DNA of 56,393 nt from a virus (Duplodnaviria; Caudoviricetes). The notes beneath the pieces are model-generated. The model was not told the DNA's origin and did no database searches. It was given only the letters and a program-made list of their open reading frames with translations. The DNA lies in the IMG/VR virus record IMGVR_UViG_3300018476_000015, positions 1-56,393 of that record; one strand, given 5' to 3'. Positions within the stretch are counted from its first letter, which is position 1, and each line of letters starts with the position of its first letter. Made by a program: the position numbers and the translations under genes. Positions 25,927-35,311 of the stretch are shown here, one piece after another.

Positions 25927-26075
25927 GGCTCGTCCCCCCGGTCCCAGGCGTCGTGCCGGCGCTGCCACTCGGCGTCGTCGGCCCCGACCCAGATGACGGT
26001 GCCGATCAGGCCGACCGCGATCAGCACCAGGCAGGTGCCGGCGGCGCCGATGATCCAGAACGCTAGCCCGTCCAT
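25923..26075 (-). CDS. Small single-TM protein (50 aa)
   Basis: MDGLAFWIIGAAGTCLVLIAVGLIGTVIW…; read manually. Confidence 0.6.
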   Translation of the reverse strand: MDGLAFWIIGAAGTCLVLIAVGLIGTVIWVGADDAEWQRRHDAWDRGDEP

Positions 26076-26084
26076 TAGAATGAC

Positions 26085-26114
26085 GCCCCCGCGTCGCTGT
26101 GAACGACCGGGGGC
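26085..26114 (+). promoter_or_regulatory. Bulged leader hairpin of HNH cassette 1
   Basis: GCCCCCG-C-GTCG-[CTGTGAA]-CGAC-CGGGGGC after TAGAAT; same fold as 29219-29249. Confidence 0.6.
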
Positions 26115-26137
26115 ACGACACAGGAGGTCACGCTCCC

Positions 26138-26701
26138 ATGCAGCCCCAGCCTATCAAGTACGGTCCGAAACCAGCCGCCCCCCGGGACGGGGACAAAGTG
26201 CAGGCCCGACGACGGGTGCGGAACCTCGTCAACGCCGGGCGCCTGCCACACCCCAGCAGTCTGCCCTGTGCCGATTGCGGGCAGCCCGCCCGGGAGTACG
26301 ACCACTACCTCGGCTACGGGGCCTCGCACCACGTTGACGTGCAGCCCGTTTGCCGTCAGTGCCACGTCCACCGCGAGGAGGGTCGTGGTCTGAAGCGTGG
26401 CGGTCAGCGCCCGCGCCGGGTCTTCGCCTGTCGCGTCTGCGGTGTAGAGCGCCCGCCGTTCCGTCATGGTCGCTGCAATCGCTGCAACCTGTACTGGCGG
26501 AAGTACAGCAGGGAGCGCCCCATCACCCTGTCCACGACATCGTCCCGTCGTTCTTGTAGATCAGGATACGGTGGTCAAACTCGGCCCAGACCCCCTGGTT
26601 GGGGTCGCCCCACTTCCGCTCGTCGGTGCGGGGCCGACCGGCGTAGACGTTGGCCCGCAGCGCCGCCACCCAGGTCTTCGCCAGCCCGCCGTCCGGGTTA
26701 A
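26138..26701 (+). CDS. HNH-like endonuclease with extra zinc finger (antisense insertion)
   Basis: CADCG…EYDH..GY…V..VCRQCH; CRVC…CNRC; SD AGGAGG; 3' part overlaps endolysin gene. Confidence 0.7.
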   Translation: MQPQPIKYGPKPAAPRDGDKVQARRRVRNLVNAGRLPHPSSLPCADCGQPAREYDHYLGYGASHHVDVQPVCRQCHVHREEGRGLKRGGQRPRRVFACRVCGVERPPFRHGRCNRCNLYWRKYSRERPITLSTTSSRRSCRSGYGGQTRPRPPGWGRPTSARRCGADRRRRWPAAPPPRSSPARRPG

Positions 26702-27479
26702 AGGGGATGGCGTCCTCGGGCTTCCGTCCGGCGTTCGTCCACTCGTAAAGCTGGGCCAGGACGTAGTTGGTGAGTTCCCAGTCGTTCATCGTCTCGACCA
26801 CCTCCGGGGGTGGGGGCGTGTTCCCTTCGGCGTAGACCAGCGCCGTGGCGGCCTGCCACCAGGCGGCGGGGTCCCAGTATTCGGCCTCGACCTGCGCCGC
26901 GCTCCAGCCATAGGGCCACTGCCAGAAGCCGGTGCGCGGGGCGTTGAAGAGCAACTCCAGGTGGAGGTGGGCGCAGTCCCAGCCCCCAGACTTCCCGCAT
27001 TTTCCGAACTGCTCGCCCGGGGCGTGGGCCTGGCCCGGGGCGGTCAGCACCGCCTGGAGGTGGTCGACGTGCAGCCAGGCCGACCCGCCCGGGGTGCACG
27101 GATCGGTCAACTCCATCCAGACGTGGTTGCCCTCCCCCGAGGGGGCGTAGAGCACCTCGCGGGTGACCCCGGCCAGGGGCGCGACCACGGCGCCCCCCAG
27201 ATCGGAATCGCACCCGCCCTGGGAGTTCAAGTCCACGCCGGGGTGCCGCGTCATACCGTTATCCGTGTACGACAAGAACCCGTAGCCACCCTGCCTCACA
27301 TTGTTCGGGTCGAGCCCGCCCAGGGGGGCCCAGAGGCGGTGGTTCACGGTGATGAAGTCGGACCCGCCCCCGGCCTGCCGGCGCTGAGGGATGTGGCCCC
27401 GGGGCGCCAGGGGCTGGCTCTCCTCCGGGCCCGGGGGGAGGTGGCCCCGGCGGACGGGCATCCCGGGTTGGGGGCTCAT
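26523..27479 (-). CDS. Endolysin, M23 family peptidase
   Basis: HPGVD (HxxxD), GN.V, H-L, GKSG…AHLHLE (HxH); followed by membrane genes. Confidence 0.85.
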   Translation of the reverse strand: MSPQPGMPVRRGHLPPGPEESQPLAPRGHIPQRRQAGGGSDFITVNHRLWAPLGGLDPNNVRQGGYGFLSYTDNGMTRHPGVDLNSQGGCDSDLGGAVVAPLAGVTREVLYAPSGEGNHVWMELTDPCTPGGSAWLHVDHLQAVLTAPGQAHAPGEQFGKCGKSGGWDCAHLHLELLFNAPRTGFWQWPYGWSAAQVEAEYWDPAAWWQAATALVYAEGNTPPPPEVVETMNDWELTNYVLAQLYEWTNAGRKPEDAIPFNPDGGLAKTWVAALRANVYAGRPRTDERKWGDPNQGVWAEFDHRILIYKNDGTMSWTG

Positions 27480-27480
27480 C

Positions 27481-27804
27481 TCACGGCGCCGGCGCTTCGA
27501 GGGCGGCAACGCGGGCCTCCAGGGCGTCGAGGTCGGCGCCCAGCGTGTCGAAGTCGGTGTCCAGGGTGGCCAGCGCCGTCTCGGCGGCGGTCACTCGTCC
27601 GGTGAGCACCCCCACCTCGGCCTGCAGGGCCTGGAAGTCGGCCAGGGGCACGTAGCCGGACAGGTCGGGGGGCACCGGCTCGGCACCCTCCAAGGTGTTG
27701 ACCCGCCCGCCCAGGTAGCGCACGGCGTCGCTCAACTCCGGCACCGTCCGGGCGTGCCAGACGGCCAGCCCGTCCGCCCCGACCTCGGCCTCGCGGATTC
27801 CCAT
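27481..27804 (-). CDS. Coiled-coil hypothetical protein
   Basis: SD GAGGAGG; LEARVAALE. Confidence 0.7.
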   Translation of the reverse strand: MGIREAEVGADGLAVWHARTVPELSDAVRYLGGRVNTLEGAEPVPPDLSGYVPLADFQALQAEVGVLTGRVTAAETALATLDTDFDTLGADLDALEARVAALEAPAP

Positions 27805-27820
27805 CGTCCCCTCCTCGGTC

Positions 27821-27997
27821 CTAGCTGGTGGGCTTGACCGCTTCGGTCAGGCCCGCCGGCGTCGTCGTCTTGGGCTGGTTGGCCTCGACCCGCAGGGCGT
27901 CCAGGAGGGCCGCCTTGCGCTTGCTGCTGGGGATGGTGCCGGCGGCCTTGAGGGCGTCCCACAAGGCGCTGGGGCTGGACCCGCGGGGCTCAGGCAT
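27821..27997 (-). CDS. Small hypothetical protein (58 aa)
   Basis: MPEPRGSSPSALWDALKAAG…; SD AAGGAG; read manually. Confidence 0.6.
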   Translation of the reverse strand: MPEPRGSSPSALWDALKAAGTIPSSKRKAALLDALRVEANQPKTTTPAGLTEAVKPTS

Positions 27998-27998
27998 C

Positions 27999-28253
27999 TC
28001 AGGCTCCTTGGGTGGGGCGCAGCAGCAGCACGACCGGCAGCACCAGGGCCAGGGGCTCGTTCCGGCCCAGGCCCTGGGTGTAGGCGTAGAGCACGTCCTG
28101 CACGCGCTGGTCGCTCTGCATCAGCCGGGTGAGCACCGCCACCAGCGCCGGGGGAAGCCGGATGGCCCCCTCGGGCAGGTTCAACTCCGGCTCGGCGGCG
28201 GGGGCGGGCGGTACCGCTCCGTTCTGGGCGACGGGCGTCTCGGTGTCGGTCAT
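27999..28253 (-). CDS. Hypothetical protein
   Basis: ATGA overlap; SD GAGGAGG. Confidence 0.65.
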   Translation of the reverse strand: MTDTETPVAQNGAVPPAPAAEPELNLPEGAIRLPPALVAVLTRLMQSDQRVQDVLYAYTQGLGRNEPLALVLPVVLLLRPTQGA

Positions 28254-29200
28254 GCGCTCACGGCCTCCTCGGGCGTTTCCTCCAGCACCGTAGCAGGCAG
28301 GGTCGCCTTGGCGGTCTGCCGCCAGGTGCCCATCAGGTGGTAGTGGCCGTTGGCGCCGGCGCCCATCTGCGCCTCCAGGGCGGCGACGCGCACCACCAGG
28401 GCGTCGTACTGGGCCTTGGTCGGGCTGTTGGAGTAGAAGCCGGCCGTGTTCCAGGCCAGGGTGTTGCCGGCCAGGGGGTCGAGGGCTACGGCCTTGGCCT
28501 GGACGGTCAAGGCCCCTGAGAGCGCCCCACCGGTTAGTTGCAAGTAGCGGGCATCCCCAGTCGTTTGGGTGAGGTAGGCCCCGACCGGCTGGTAGCGAGC
28601 ATCGCTCTCCACCTTCGTGTACATCGTGTCGATGGGTTCGTACCGGGCGTCCGTCTGGACCTTCGTGTAGTAGTTGGAGAGATCGGGCTGCGAGCCGATT
28701 AGGGCGTAGCGAAGATCGCCCTCGGCCTGGGTGAGGAAGAGGGCGTCGCCCTCGGCCTGGGTGAGGAAGGCCGCGTCCGCTTGGGCCTTCGTGTAGTAGT
28801 TGGACAGGTCGGTCGGGGGTGGGCTGTAGGTGATGGGCAAGTACCTGGCGTCCGCCCGGGCGACATTCAAGTAGGTTGGGTGGGGGTCCGCCTGGGCGAC
28901 GTGGGCGACCAGCGCCGCGTCCACCAGGGCCTGCACGGCGGGCTGCTGGAGGTACTGGGCGTGGGGGTTAGCGTCGGCCAGGTGGGTGAGCGGGACGAAG
29001 AGGGCCGCCGCCTCGCTCTCAGTGAGGTACTCGGGGGGAGGCAGGCTACCCGTCCCCTCGGCCATGACGTACTCGATCCACTTGACCCGCTTGACCAACT
29101 GGAGGATGGCGTCGTAGAGCGCCGCCGAGCGGATACTCGCCGCTCCCGGCAGCCACATGACCGGGACATCAGGAGCCGGGGGCAGCGGTTCGCCGCTCAT
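28250..29200 (-). CDS. Tail fibre-like protein with short repeats
   Basis: H…A.PH.QYL, DLSNYYTK, FLTQAEGD, DARY repeats; YLQLTGG.LSG.L. Confidence 0.75.
   Translation of the reverse strand: MSGEPLPPAPDVPVMWLPGAASIRSAALYDAILQLVKRVKWIEYVMAEGTGSLPPPEYLTESEAAALFVPLTHLADANPHAQYLQQPAVQALVDAALVAHVAQADPHPTYLNVARADARYLPITYSPPPTDLSNYYTKAQADAAFLTQAEGDALFLTQAEGDLRYALIGSQPDLSNYYTKVQTDARYEPIDTMYTKVESDARYQPVGAYLTQTTGDARYLQLTGGALSGALTVQAKAVALDPLAGNTLAWNTAGFYSNSPTKAQYDALVVRVAALEAQMGAGANGHYHLMGTWRQTAKATLPATVLEETPEEAVSA
28716..28769. repeat. 24-bp direct repeat (30-bp period) in fibre gene
   Basis: TCGCCCTCGGCCTGGGTGAGGAAG at 28716 and 28746; also CCTTCGTGTAGTAGTTGGA at 28660 and 28786. Confidence 0.85.
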
Positions 29201-29218
29201 GCTACGCTCCCATAAGTC

Positions 29219-29249
29219 GGCCCCCGCGCAGCGTCAACTGCCGGGGGCC
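29219..29249 (+). promoter_or_regulatory. Bulged leader hairpin of HNH cassette 2
   Basis: GGCCCCCG-C-GCAG-[CGTCAA]-CTGC-CGGGGGCC after TG-C-TACGCT. Confidence 0.6.
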
Positions 29250-29274
29250 AGGCACCACGTCGTTGGAGGACGGG

Positions 29275-29679
29275 ATGCAGCGCAATGTTACCCCGCGTCC
29301 CCTGCGGGAGCGGTTCTGGGCCTACGTCGAGAAGACGGACGGTTGCTGGCCGTGGACAGGCCCCCACACTCCCGCTGGCTACGGCTGGCTCACGCTGGGG
29401 CGTCGAGGGTGGGGGCAGATGTACGCCCACCACCTGTCCTGGCTGCTGCACTTCCCTGGCCCCTTCTGGGAGGGCTGGCAAGTCAACCACCAGTGCGACA
29501 ACCCCGGCTGCGTGCGCCCCGACCACCTGTGGCTGGGCACCCAGGCCCACAACATGGCGAATGCCAGGGCCAAGGACCGGGTGTACCACCTGTGGGTTCT
29601 CCACCCCCGAGGCGATTACCCGCCCAGCAACCCCAGCCAGCGGCGTGACCCGGTGACCGGGCGCTTCAGTCGGACGTAG
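29275..29679 (+). CDS. HNH homing endonuclease (HNH_3-like, antisense insertion)
   Basis: RFWAYVEKTDGCWPWTG…GYG…AHH.SW…VNHQCDNPGCVRPDHLWLGT.AHN. Confidence 0.9.
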   Translation: MQRNVTPRPLRERFWAYVEKTDGCWPWTGPHTPAGYGWLTLGRRGWGQMYAHHLSWLLHFPGPFWEGWQVNHQCDNPGCVRPDHLWLGTQAHNMANARAKDRVYHLWVLHPRGDYPPSNPSQRRDPVTGRFSRT

Positions 29680-29687
29680 GGCGGCCA

Positions 29688-31814
29688 TCAGGACGCCTTC
29701 CTCCGGGTGCGGGTGGTGGTCGAAGCCGAGGCTGGGGCCTGGGCCGCTTCCAGGGCCTCGATCCGCTGGAGGGCCGACTGGAGGGCGCAGGCGACCACGG
29801 CCAGGTCGGCCCCGTCGCTGCGGTTCTTGCGATCCTCCAGGCCGAACAGGTCGTGGACCTTGTACGTCTCGTGCCCCAGGGCGTAGCCCTTCTGCTTGCG
29901 GTGGACCGCCGTCTCCTCGACGGCCTTGGCGTGGTTGGCCCGGGCCTCGACCTCCCGCTGCGCCTTCAGGGCGGCCCGCTCCTTCACCGTGTCCGAAGAC
30001 ACTCCTGCCTCGCCCGCGGCCTTGGCGTCCTTGTCGCTCAGGGCCTTCGGCTCGGGCGGCTCGGGCACCCCCCGCTCCTGCGTGTACACCGGGGCCTTGT
30101 AGGTGTACGAGAGCCAGTCGGTGCCCAGGACCGCCTCGACGCAGGCCGCCTGGTCGAGCGGGGCGAAGTCCTCCTTCAGGTCGGCCGAGGAGCCGACGAC
30201 GACGGCCGTGCTGCTGTACATCCCGGCCCAGCGGTAGCTGGGGTGCCCGAAGTACATGGTGGCGTCCGCCCCGGGGTGGGTGTAGCCCACACAGGTGATG
30301 ATCGTGCTGGTGTTCATCGACCCGGCGCTGAAGGCCCCGCCGGGGGCGGCCAGGTTCAGCGTGGAGGCCCCGGTGACGTTGTTGGTGTAGACGTTGAGCC
30401 AGGCGTTCGACGGCGTGCCGCAGCTAATCGTCAACTGCGCGGCGGGCTTAATCTCCTCGTCCATGAACAGGCCCGACAGGGAGTAGATGGTGCGCCAGAC
30501 GGTGGTGCCCGAGGGCAGCCGACGCCAGCGCAGGTGCCCGCTCCCGTCCATCAGCACGTCGAACACGTCGTTGAGGTTCAGCAACTGGAGGTTGACCGCC
30601 GCGGCCGCCCGGAAGTTGTTGGCGTGGACGGCGGCCCACTTGAGGGTGGTCGCCCCGAGGTTGGTGACGCCGTCGCGGGCGGGGGTGACGTAGTTGCCCC
30701 CGCTGTCCAACTCCAGCGACCCGGAGGCGTAGAGGCGGGCGTTGGACGCGGTGGACGTGCCCTCCGTGATCCAGAACCGCTGCGCCTGTCCGGCCATCTG
30801 GCAGACCAGGGCGGCGACGCCGGTCGGGTTGTTGAGGTTGAGCGCGGCGGTCGCGCCCGCGTCCTGGGCGAGGTTGACCTGGCCGTTCCGCATGATCTGG
30901 AGCCGCATGGCGATGTCCGCCGCTGCGGCGTTGGCCCGGGTGAAGATGTTGATGTCCGCTCCGGTAGCCGTCCCCGTCCCCACCCGCTGGACCTGCATCA
31001 CGGCCAGCATCTTCTCGCCCACCGTCAACTGGTCGTCCACGAAGGAGATGCGCCCGGCCAGGGTGTTGGCCCCGTAGCCCCCGCCCCGGTTGGAGAACTC
31101 GATCACGCCCGCGCCATCGGGCGCGACGCCCGCCAGGGAGATGAAGGAGTTGGTGGCGGTGATCCCGGCCGGGAGGACGGCGCTGTCCCCGAGGGCCAGC
31201 CCGGTGGGCACCCGCAGGGAGTAGGGGGCGAGGCGGATGAGCCCGGTGTCCCCCCTGAAGCCCAGCCCGGGCGTCGTCCCGTCCAGGTTGAGGGTGCCCG
31301 CGGCGGTCCGGGTCAGGCTGGTGTCCGGCGTCCCATCGGGCTCGGCCCCGAAGAAGAGGGTGTCCCGCACCACCGGGTCGAGCAGCCCCACCCCCGACGC
31401 CCCGCTCTCCCGCAGCAGCAGCCCGGTGCCCTTGGTGCCGGTGGCAATCGCCGCCCCGTCCAGGGGGCCCGCGCCGGCGGCGTTCAGGTGCGTGTGCTGG
31501 GCGTTCGTCCACCCGGTGATGGTGGGGTTGTTGATGACCGGCGCGTCGAGGGTCTTGTTGGTCAGGGTGACCGCCTGGGTCGCGGTGATGGAGTTGTCCA
31601 GGACGACCATGTTGTCGTTGATGTCCTGGATCAGGGCGGGGTCGTCCAGGGCGGGCATCTTGAGGCCCAGCTTGGGCGTGGTGGTCAGCAGCAGGGCGGG
31701 CTGGGGCGGGGGCGCCTCCAGGGGCTGCAGGCCGGCGAAGCCCGCCTGGATGGCCGACTGGATGGCGGCCAGCATGGCCGGGGAGAGTTGGGACCCGCTG
31801 TCTTCTTCGGCCAT
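29688..31814 (-). CDS. Tail fibre/spike with C-terminal intramolecular chaperone (peptidase S74-like)
   Basis: N-terminal TPKLGL..P…DINDNM..LD; LG….W..VY repeats; SSADLKEDF…SYTYK…ALQSALQRIEALEA. Confidence 0.8.
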   Translation of the reverse strand: MAEEDSGSQLSPAMLAAIQSAIQAGFAGLQPLEAPPPQPALLLTTTPKLGLKMPALDDPALIQDINDNMVVLDNSITATQAVTLTNKTLDAPVINNPTITGWTNAQHTHLNAAGAGPLDGAAIATGTKGTGLLLRESGASGVGLLDPVVRDTLFFGAEPDGTPDTSLTRTAAGTLNLDGTTPGLGFRGDTGLIRLAPYSLRVPTGLALGDSAVLPAGITATNSFISLAGVAPDGAGVIEFSNRGGGYGANTLAGRISFVDDQLTVGEKMLAVMQVQRVGTGTATGADINIFTRANAAAADIAMRLQIMRNGQVNLAQDAGATAALNLNNPTGVAALVCQMAGQAQRFWITEGTSTASNARLYASGSLELDSGGNYVTPARDGVTNLGATTLKWAAVHANNFRAAAAVNLQLLNLNDVFDVLMDGSGHLRWRRLPSGTTVWRTIYSLSGLFMDEEIKPAAQLTISCGTPSNAWLNVYTNNVTGASTLNLAAPGGAFSAGSMNTSTIITCVGYTHPGADATMYFGHPSYRWAGMYSSTAVVVGSSADLKEDFAPLDQAACVEAVLGTDWLSYTYKAPVYTQERGVPEPPEPKALSDKDAKAAGEAGVSSDTVKERAALKAQREVEARANHAKAVEETAVHRKQKGYALGHETYKVHDLFGLEDRKNRSDGADLAVVACALQSALQRIEALEAAQAPASASTTTRTRRKAS

Positions 31815-31823
31815 GGTCTTCTC

Positions 31824-34019
31824 CTACCCGAGGTTGGGGAGCGCGCCCCAGGTCATGTTGGCGATGTCGCGCCACAGGTAGAGCGAGACGGTGCGCCAGG
31901 TGCCCGCGTTGCGCACCAGTTGCTCCATGGCCACCACGTCGACCAGCAGGGGCACCTCGCCGGCGTAGCCGGCCTCGCCCCCGCCGGCGGCGCGCAGGGC
32001 CACCCCGTCGACGGGCAGGCTCACGTCGTACAAGAGGCCCCAGGGGTCGAGCAGGCCCATCCCCCCGGAGGCCCCGGCCAGGGCGCGCAGGGTGCGCAGC
32101 GCCGAGGCGGGGGTCAGGGGGTCGCCGTAGCCGGAGGCCCCGCTCGCGCTGTAGGCCCCGCTGGAGAGGTCGAGGGTCATCTCGTGGCGCCAGATGGGGG
32201 TGGGGCGCAGGTCGTACTCCACGGTCACGGCGTAGACCTGGGGCGTGGTCGTGGGGTCGGTGGTGGTCAGGCGCAGGGCCACGTCGAAGCCCCGCCCGTA
32301 GCGGGGCGGGTCGAAGCGCACCCGCTGACCCACCCCGGTGCGCTGCACGGCCCCCTCGGCGTAGCCGTACAGGGGCCCCGCCGGGGCGGGCAGGTCGGTG
32401 TCCAGCTTCCAGCGCAGGGAGAGGGCCTGCTGGTCGGTGTGGGTGTAGCCGTCCAGCTTGCGCTCCAGGGGCGCCGTCAGGGGGGTGAGCGAGTACCAGG
32501 CCTTGTTGATGTGGGGGAAGCGGGCCAGCAGGCGGGAGTAGTAGAGGGTGCCCGCCGGGGCGTAGGGGTAGGCGGGGTCGGTGCGGGGGTCGCGCCCCTG
32601 CCCGGGCAGCCGGTAGCTGCCGGTGGTGTACTGCGCCGTGCCCACCGGGGGCTCGGTCGTGTTGGGCTGCACCTGGCGGTCGAAGAGCAGGGTGGGGAAG
32701 TGGCTGTCCGGGGCCTCCTCGTCGGGCGACCCGGGCGGGCACGTCCGCACCGCGGCCATGCACCGGCAGCGGGCCCGGTCGGCCTGCTGCGACCAGGGGA
32801 ACCAGGCGATGTCCCCCACCGCGCCCCCGGAGACCTCGGCGTTGGCCTTGTAGACCCAGGAGGGCCCGTCCGGGCTCTCTCGGAAGGCGTACAGGTTGTG
32901 GGCGTCGCCGGCGACGGCCGTCATCGGCCCGTTGGGGGCCCGGGGGGCCAGGCTGCTGGCCTCGCTCGCGGACGGGCCCACCTTCTGCAGCCCGAACCCG
33001 GGCCCGATGGCGTACAGCCCGTCCGAGGTGGGCAACCACAGCAGGCCCCGCCAGATCGAGGCGCCCTGGTAGTACAGCCGGGCCCCGGCCAACTCGGGGA
33101 AGAGCATCTCCTCCAGGCTGCGGCGGTCGCTGTTCAGCAGGTAGAGGCCCTCGCCGTCCTTGAGCACCAGCACCCGCCCGGCGAAGCTGATGAGCCGGGA
33201 GATGGGCACGGCCACGTCCCCGATGGGGTCGATGACCCCGAAGATGGTGGGAGCCGGGCCCCCGTCGTCAAAGACCGCCACCATGGCGTCGCCCCGCCGG
33301 GGCGAGCGCATGGCCACCACCGCCTCGCCGTCCACCTCGATCATGGACTGGCAGTTGCCCAGCCCGTTGGTCGCCCCCACCAGGAGCCAGTTGAGCCCGT
33401 CGTTGACCGAGTAGACCGCCGGCATCGTGTAGCCCAGGGGCTGGTAGAGGTGCTGACTGGTCTGCGACCCGGTGAAGGGCAGGACGTGGTTGCTGGCCCG
33501 GGTGCCCACCCCGAAGTCGCCCCGCAGGGCCTCGCTCCCCCCGGTGGCCCCGTCGAAGACGTACAGGGCCCGGCCGTGGGACAGGTAGGCCAGGTCGGTG
33601 GCGTCGCCGTGCACCCCCGCCAGGGGGGCGTTGGGCGCCGCCCCGGAGTAGGGCAGGGGGCGCAGCCGGCCGGCCAGGATGGTCGGCCCGGTGGGGGTCA
33701 GGCTGGGGTCGACCCCCTCCCCCTCCACGTCCCCCGCCCGGTCGTAGCGGATCAGGTCGCCGTCCAGGGGCTGCTGGGCCAGCCCGCCCCCGCCGTGCAG
33801 GTCGCGCAGGGAGAAGGGCAGCCGGCCGTCCGGGCTCACCTGGGCCTCGCCCATATCGCCCTGACTGACCTGGGCCGGGTAGAACGGCGCCGGGCGCTGC
33901 CGGTAGAGGTAGGCCCCCTTGGCGTCAATCGCCAGCCGGTAGACCAGCCCGTTGAGCACGACGTGCCCGGGCTGGACGAGCATCCCCCCGCCGGCCACAC
34001 CATTTGCCGTGCTGGCCAC
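31824..34019 (-). CDS. Virion structural protein, probable tail nozzle (beta-propeller)
   Basis: 731 aa, beta-rich, between adaptor and fibre. Confidence 0.6.
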   Translation of the reverse strand: MASTANGVAGGGMLVQPGHVVLNGLVYRLAIDAKGAYLYRQRPAPFYPAQVSQGDMGEAQVSPDGRLPFSLRDLHGGGGLAQQPLDGDLIRYDRAGDVEGEGVDPSLTPTGPTILAGRLRPLPYSGAAPNAPLAGVHGDATDLAYLSHGRALYVFDGATGGSEALRGDFGVGTRASNHVLPFTGSQTSQHLYQPLGYTMPAVYSVNDGLNWLLVGATNGLGNCQSMIEVDGEAVVAMRSPRRGDAMVAVFDDGGPAPTIFGVIDPIGDVAVPISRLISFAGRVLVLKDGEGLYLLNSDRRSLEEMLFPELAGARLYYQGASIWRGLLWLPTSDGLYAIGPGFGLQKVGPSASEASSLAPRAPNGPMTAVAGDAHNLYAFRESPDGPSWVYKANAEVSGGAVGDIAWFPWSQQADRARCRCMAAVRTCPPGSPDEEAPDSHFPTLLFDRQVQPNTTEPPVGTAQYTTGSYRLPGQGRDPRTDPAYPYAPAGTLYYSRLLARFPHINKAWYSLTPLTAPLERKLDGYTHTDQQALSLRWKLDTDLPAPAGPLYGYAEGAVQRTGVGQRVRFDPPRYGRGFDVALRLTTTDPTTTPQVYAVTVEYDLRPTPIWRHEMTLDLSSGAYSASGASGYGDPLTPASALRTLRALAGASGGMGLLDPWGLLYDVSLPVDGVALRAAGGGEAGYAGEVPLLVDVVAMEQLVRNAGTWRTVSLYLWRDIANMTWGALPNLG

Positions 34020-34020
34020 G

Positions 34021-34335
34021 TCAGTCGGGCTCCCAGCCCACGGTGAGGGTGCCCGTCCCGGTGAGGGTGGCGTGCAGGCCCTTGGTCAGACCCAGGGAGA
34101 CGGGGATGCGGGGCCAGTCGTCGGCGCCGGCGGCGGCGGTGGCCAGGCCGAGCACGACCGCGCCGGTGGCGTCGAAGGAGTCGCGCAGCAGGCAGGAGCC
34201 GGCGGTGGTCACCGCCAGGCGGACGTAGTACAGCCGGCAGGGGCGGTCGACCACCCCGCCGGTGGCGGTGAGCACCGTCCAGCGCAGGGCCCGCGTCCCC
34301 TGGCGGGGGGCGTCGACGGCGCCTCGGGTGGTCAT
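34021..34335 (-). CDS. Small beta-rich virion protein
   Basis: L..V…G…LRD…G…GL…GL.ATLTGTG.LTV. Confidence 0.6.
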   Translation of the reverse strand: MTTRGAVDAPRQGTRALRWTVLTATGGVVDRPCRLYYVRLAVTTAGSCLLRDSFDATGAVVLGLATAAAGADDWPRIPVSLGLTKGLHATLTGTGTLTVGWEPD

Positions 34336-34354
34336 GGCGTTACCGGCGTCCGCC

Positions 34355-35311
34355 TCACGGGGTACCCCAGTCCACCGTCCCGAACGGGTACCAGTCGTCG
34401 GTGTAGCCCATCTCCCGGCCCACCTCGCGCACGCCCCACTCCGAGCAGGCCTGGGCGTACTGGCGGGCGCAGCGCTCCAGGTTCTCCAGCCACAGCTTGC
34501 GGGGCTGGCCGGTGAGGTTGGCCAGCTTCTGCTGCAGGGAGCGCCAGGTCGTGCCGAGCACGAACAGGCGCACCGGGGGCACCAGGGCGGGGTCGAGCGC
34601 GGGGTCCTGGTTGGGGCCCCACAGCACGCTGTGCAGGTCGGTGTAGGGCGTCGCCGTCTCGAAGGCGAAGGGGGGCCGGGCCCGGAACAGGATGCGCTGG
34701 CTCTGGGACAGGGGCCGGCTGAGCACCAGGTACAGGTCGCCCTCGATGCTGGCCGGGTTGACGTGGTACCAGCGGATGGTGCGTGCCTCGGGGCTGGTGT
34801 AGGCCGTGTCCGCCGGCCCGATCAGCACGTCCTGCAGCCAGCCGGCCCGCTTGATGACCTCGGGCATGGTGTAGCGCAGGCGGTCGTGCTCGGGGCCCGA
34901 GGCCAGGTACACGTCCAGGGGGACGTGGATGTTGCGGGCCGTCTCGTTCAGCCAGCGCAGCCACTGGCTCCAGCGGTAGTCCCGGAAGAGCGCGTACTGG
35001 TCGCCGGCGACGACCGGGAAGTCCATCGGGGGCTGCCAGCGCAGCGTCCCGTTGGCCCCGTCCGCGGCCTGGACGAAGCGCTCCTGCCCGGCGTTCGCCC
35101 CGGTCGTCCACAGCAGCCACGACCGGCGCCAGGACTGGTCGCCGGCGCCGGTGAACAGGGCCAGGTCCTGCAGGCTGGTGGGGGTGCCCCCGCCGTTGGC
35201 CACCTGGCCCTGGTGCAGGGCCATGTCCCCCAGCAGGGGGTTCCCGGCGGCCTGGAGGATCAGGGACAGGGCGTCCTGGGCCTGGGCCCCCGGGGGGATG
35301 ATCGGCGTCAC
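34355..35311 (-). CDS. Putative head-tail adaptor
   Basis: Position after capsid genes; GANAGQER.V…G.L….F…AGD.Y.L. Confidence 0.55.
   Translation of the reverse strand: MTPIIPPGAQAQDALSLILQAAGNPLLGDMALHQGQVANGGGTPTSLQDLALFTGAGDQSWRRSWLLWTTGANAGQERFVQAADGANGTLRWQPPMDFPVVAGDQYALFRDYRWSQWLRWLNETARNIHVPLDVYLASGPEHDRLRYTMPEVIKRAGWLQDVLIGPADTAYTSPEARTIRWYHVNPASIEGDLYLVLSRPLSQSQRILFRARPPFAFETATPYTDLHSVLWGPNQDPALDPALVPPVRLFVLGTTWRSLQQKLANLTGQPRKLWLENLERCARQYAQACSEWGVREVGREMGYTDDWYPFGTVDWGTP

Noticed and set aside
28250-31814. Diversity-generating retroelement acting on tail fibres
   Set aside because: No reverse transcriptase and no TR/VR pair with adenine-specific mismatches seen; the repeats are short coding repeats.
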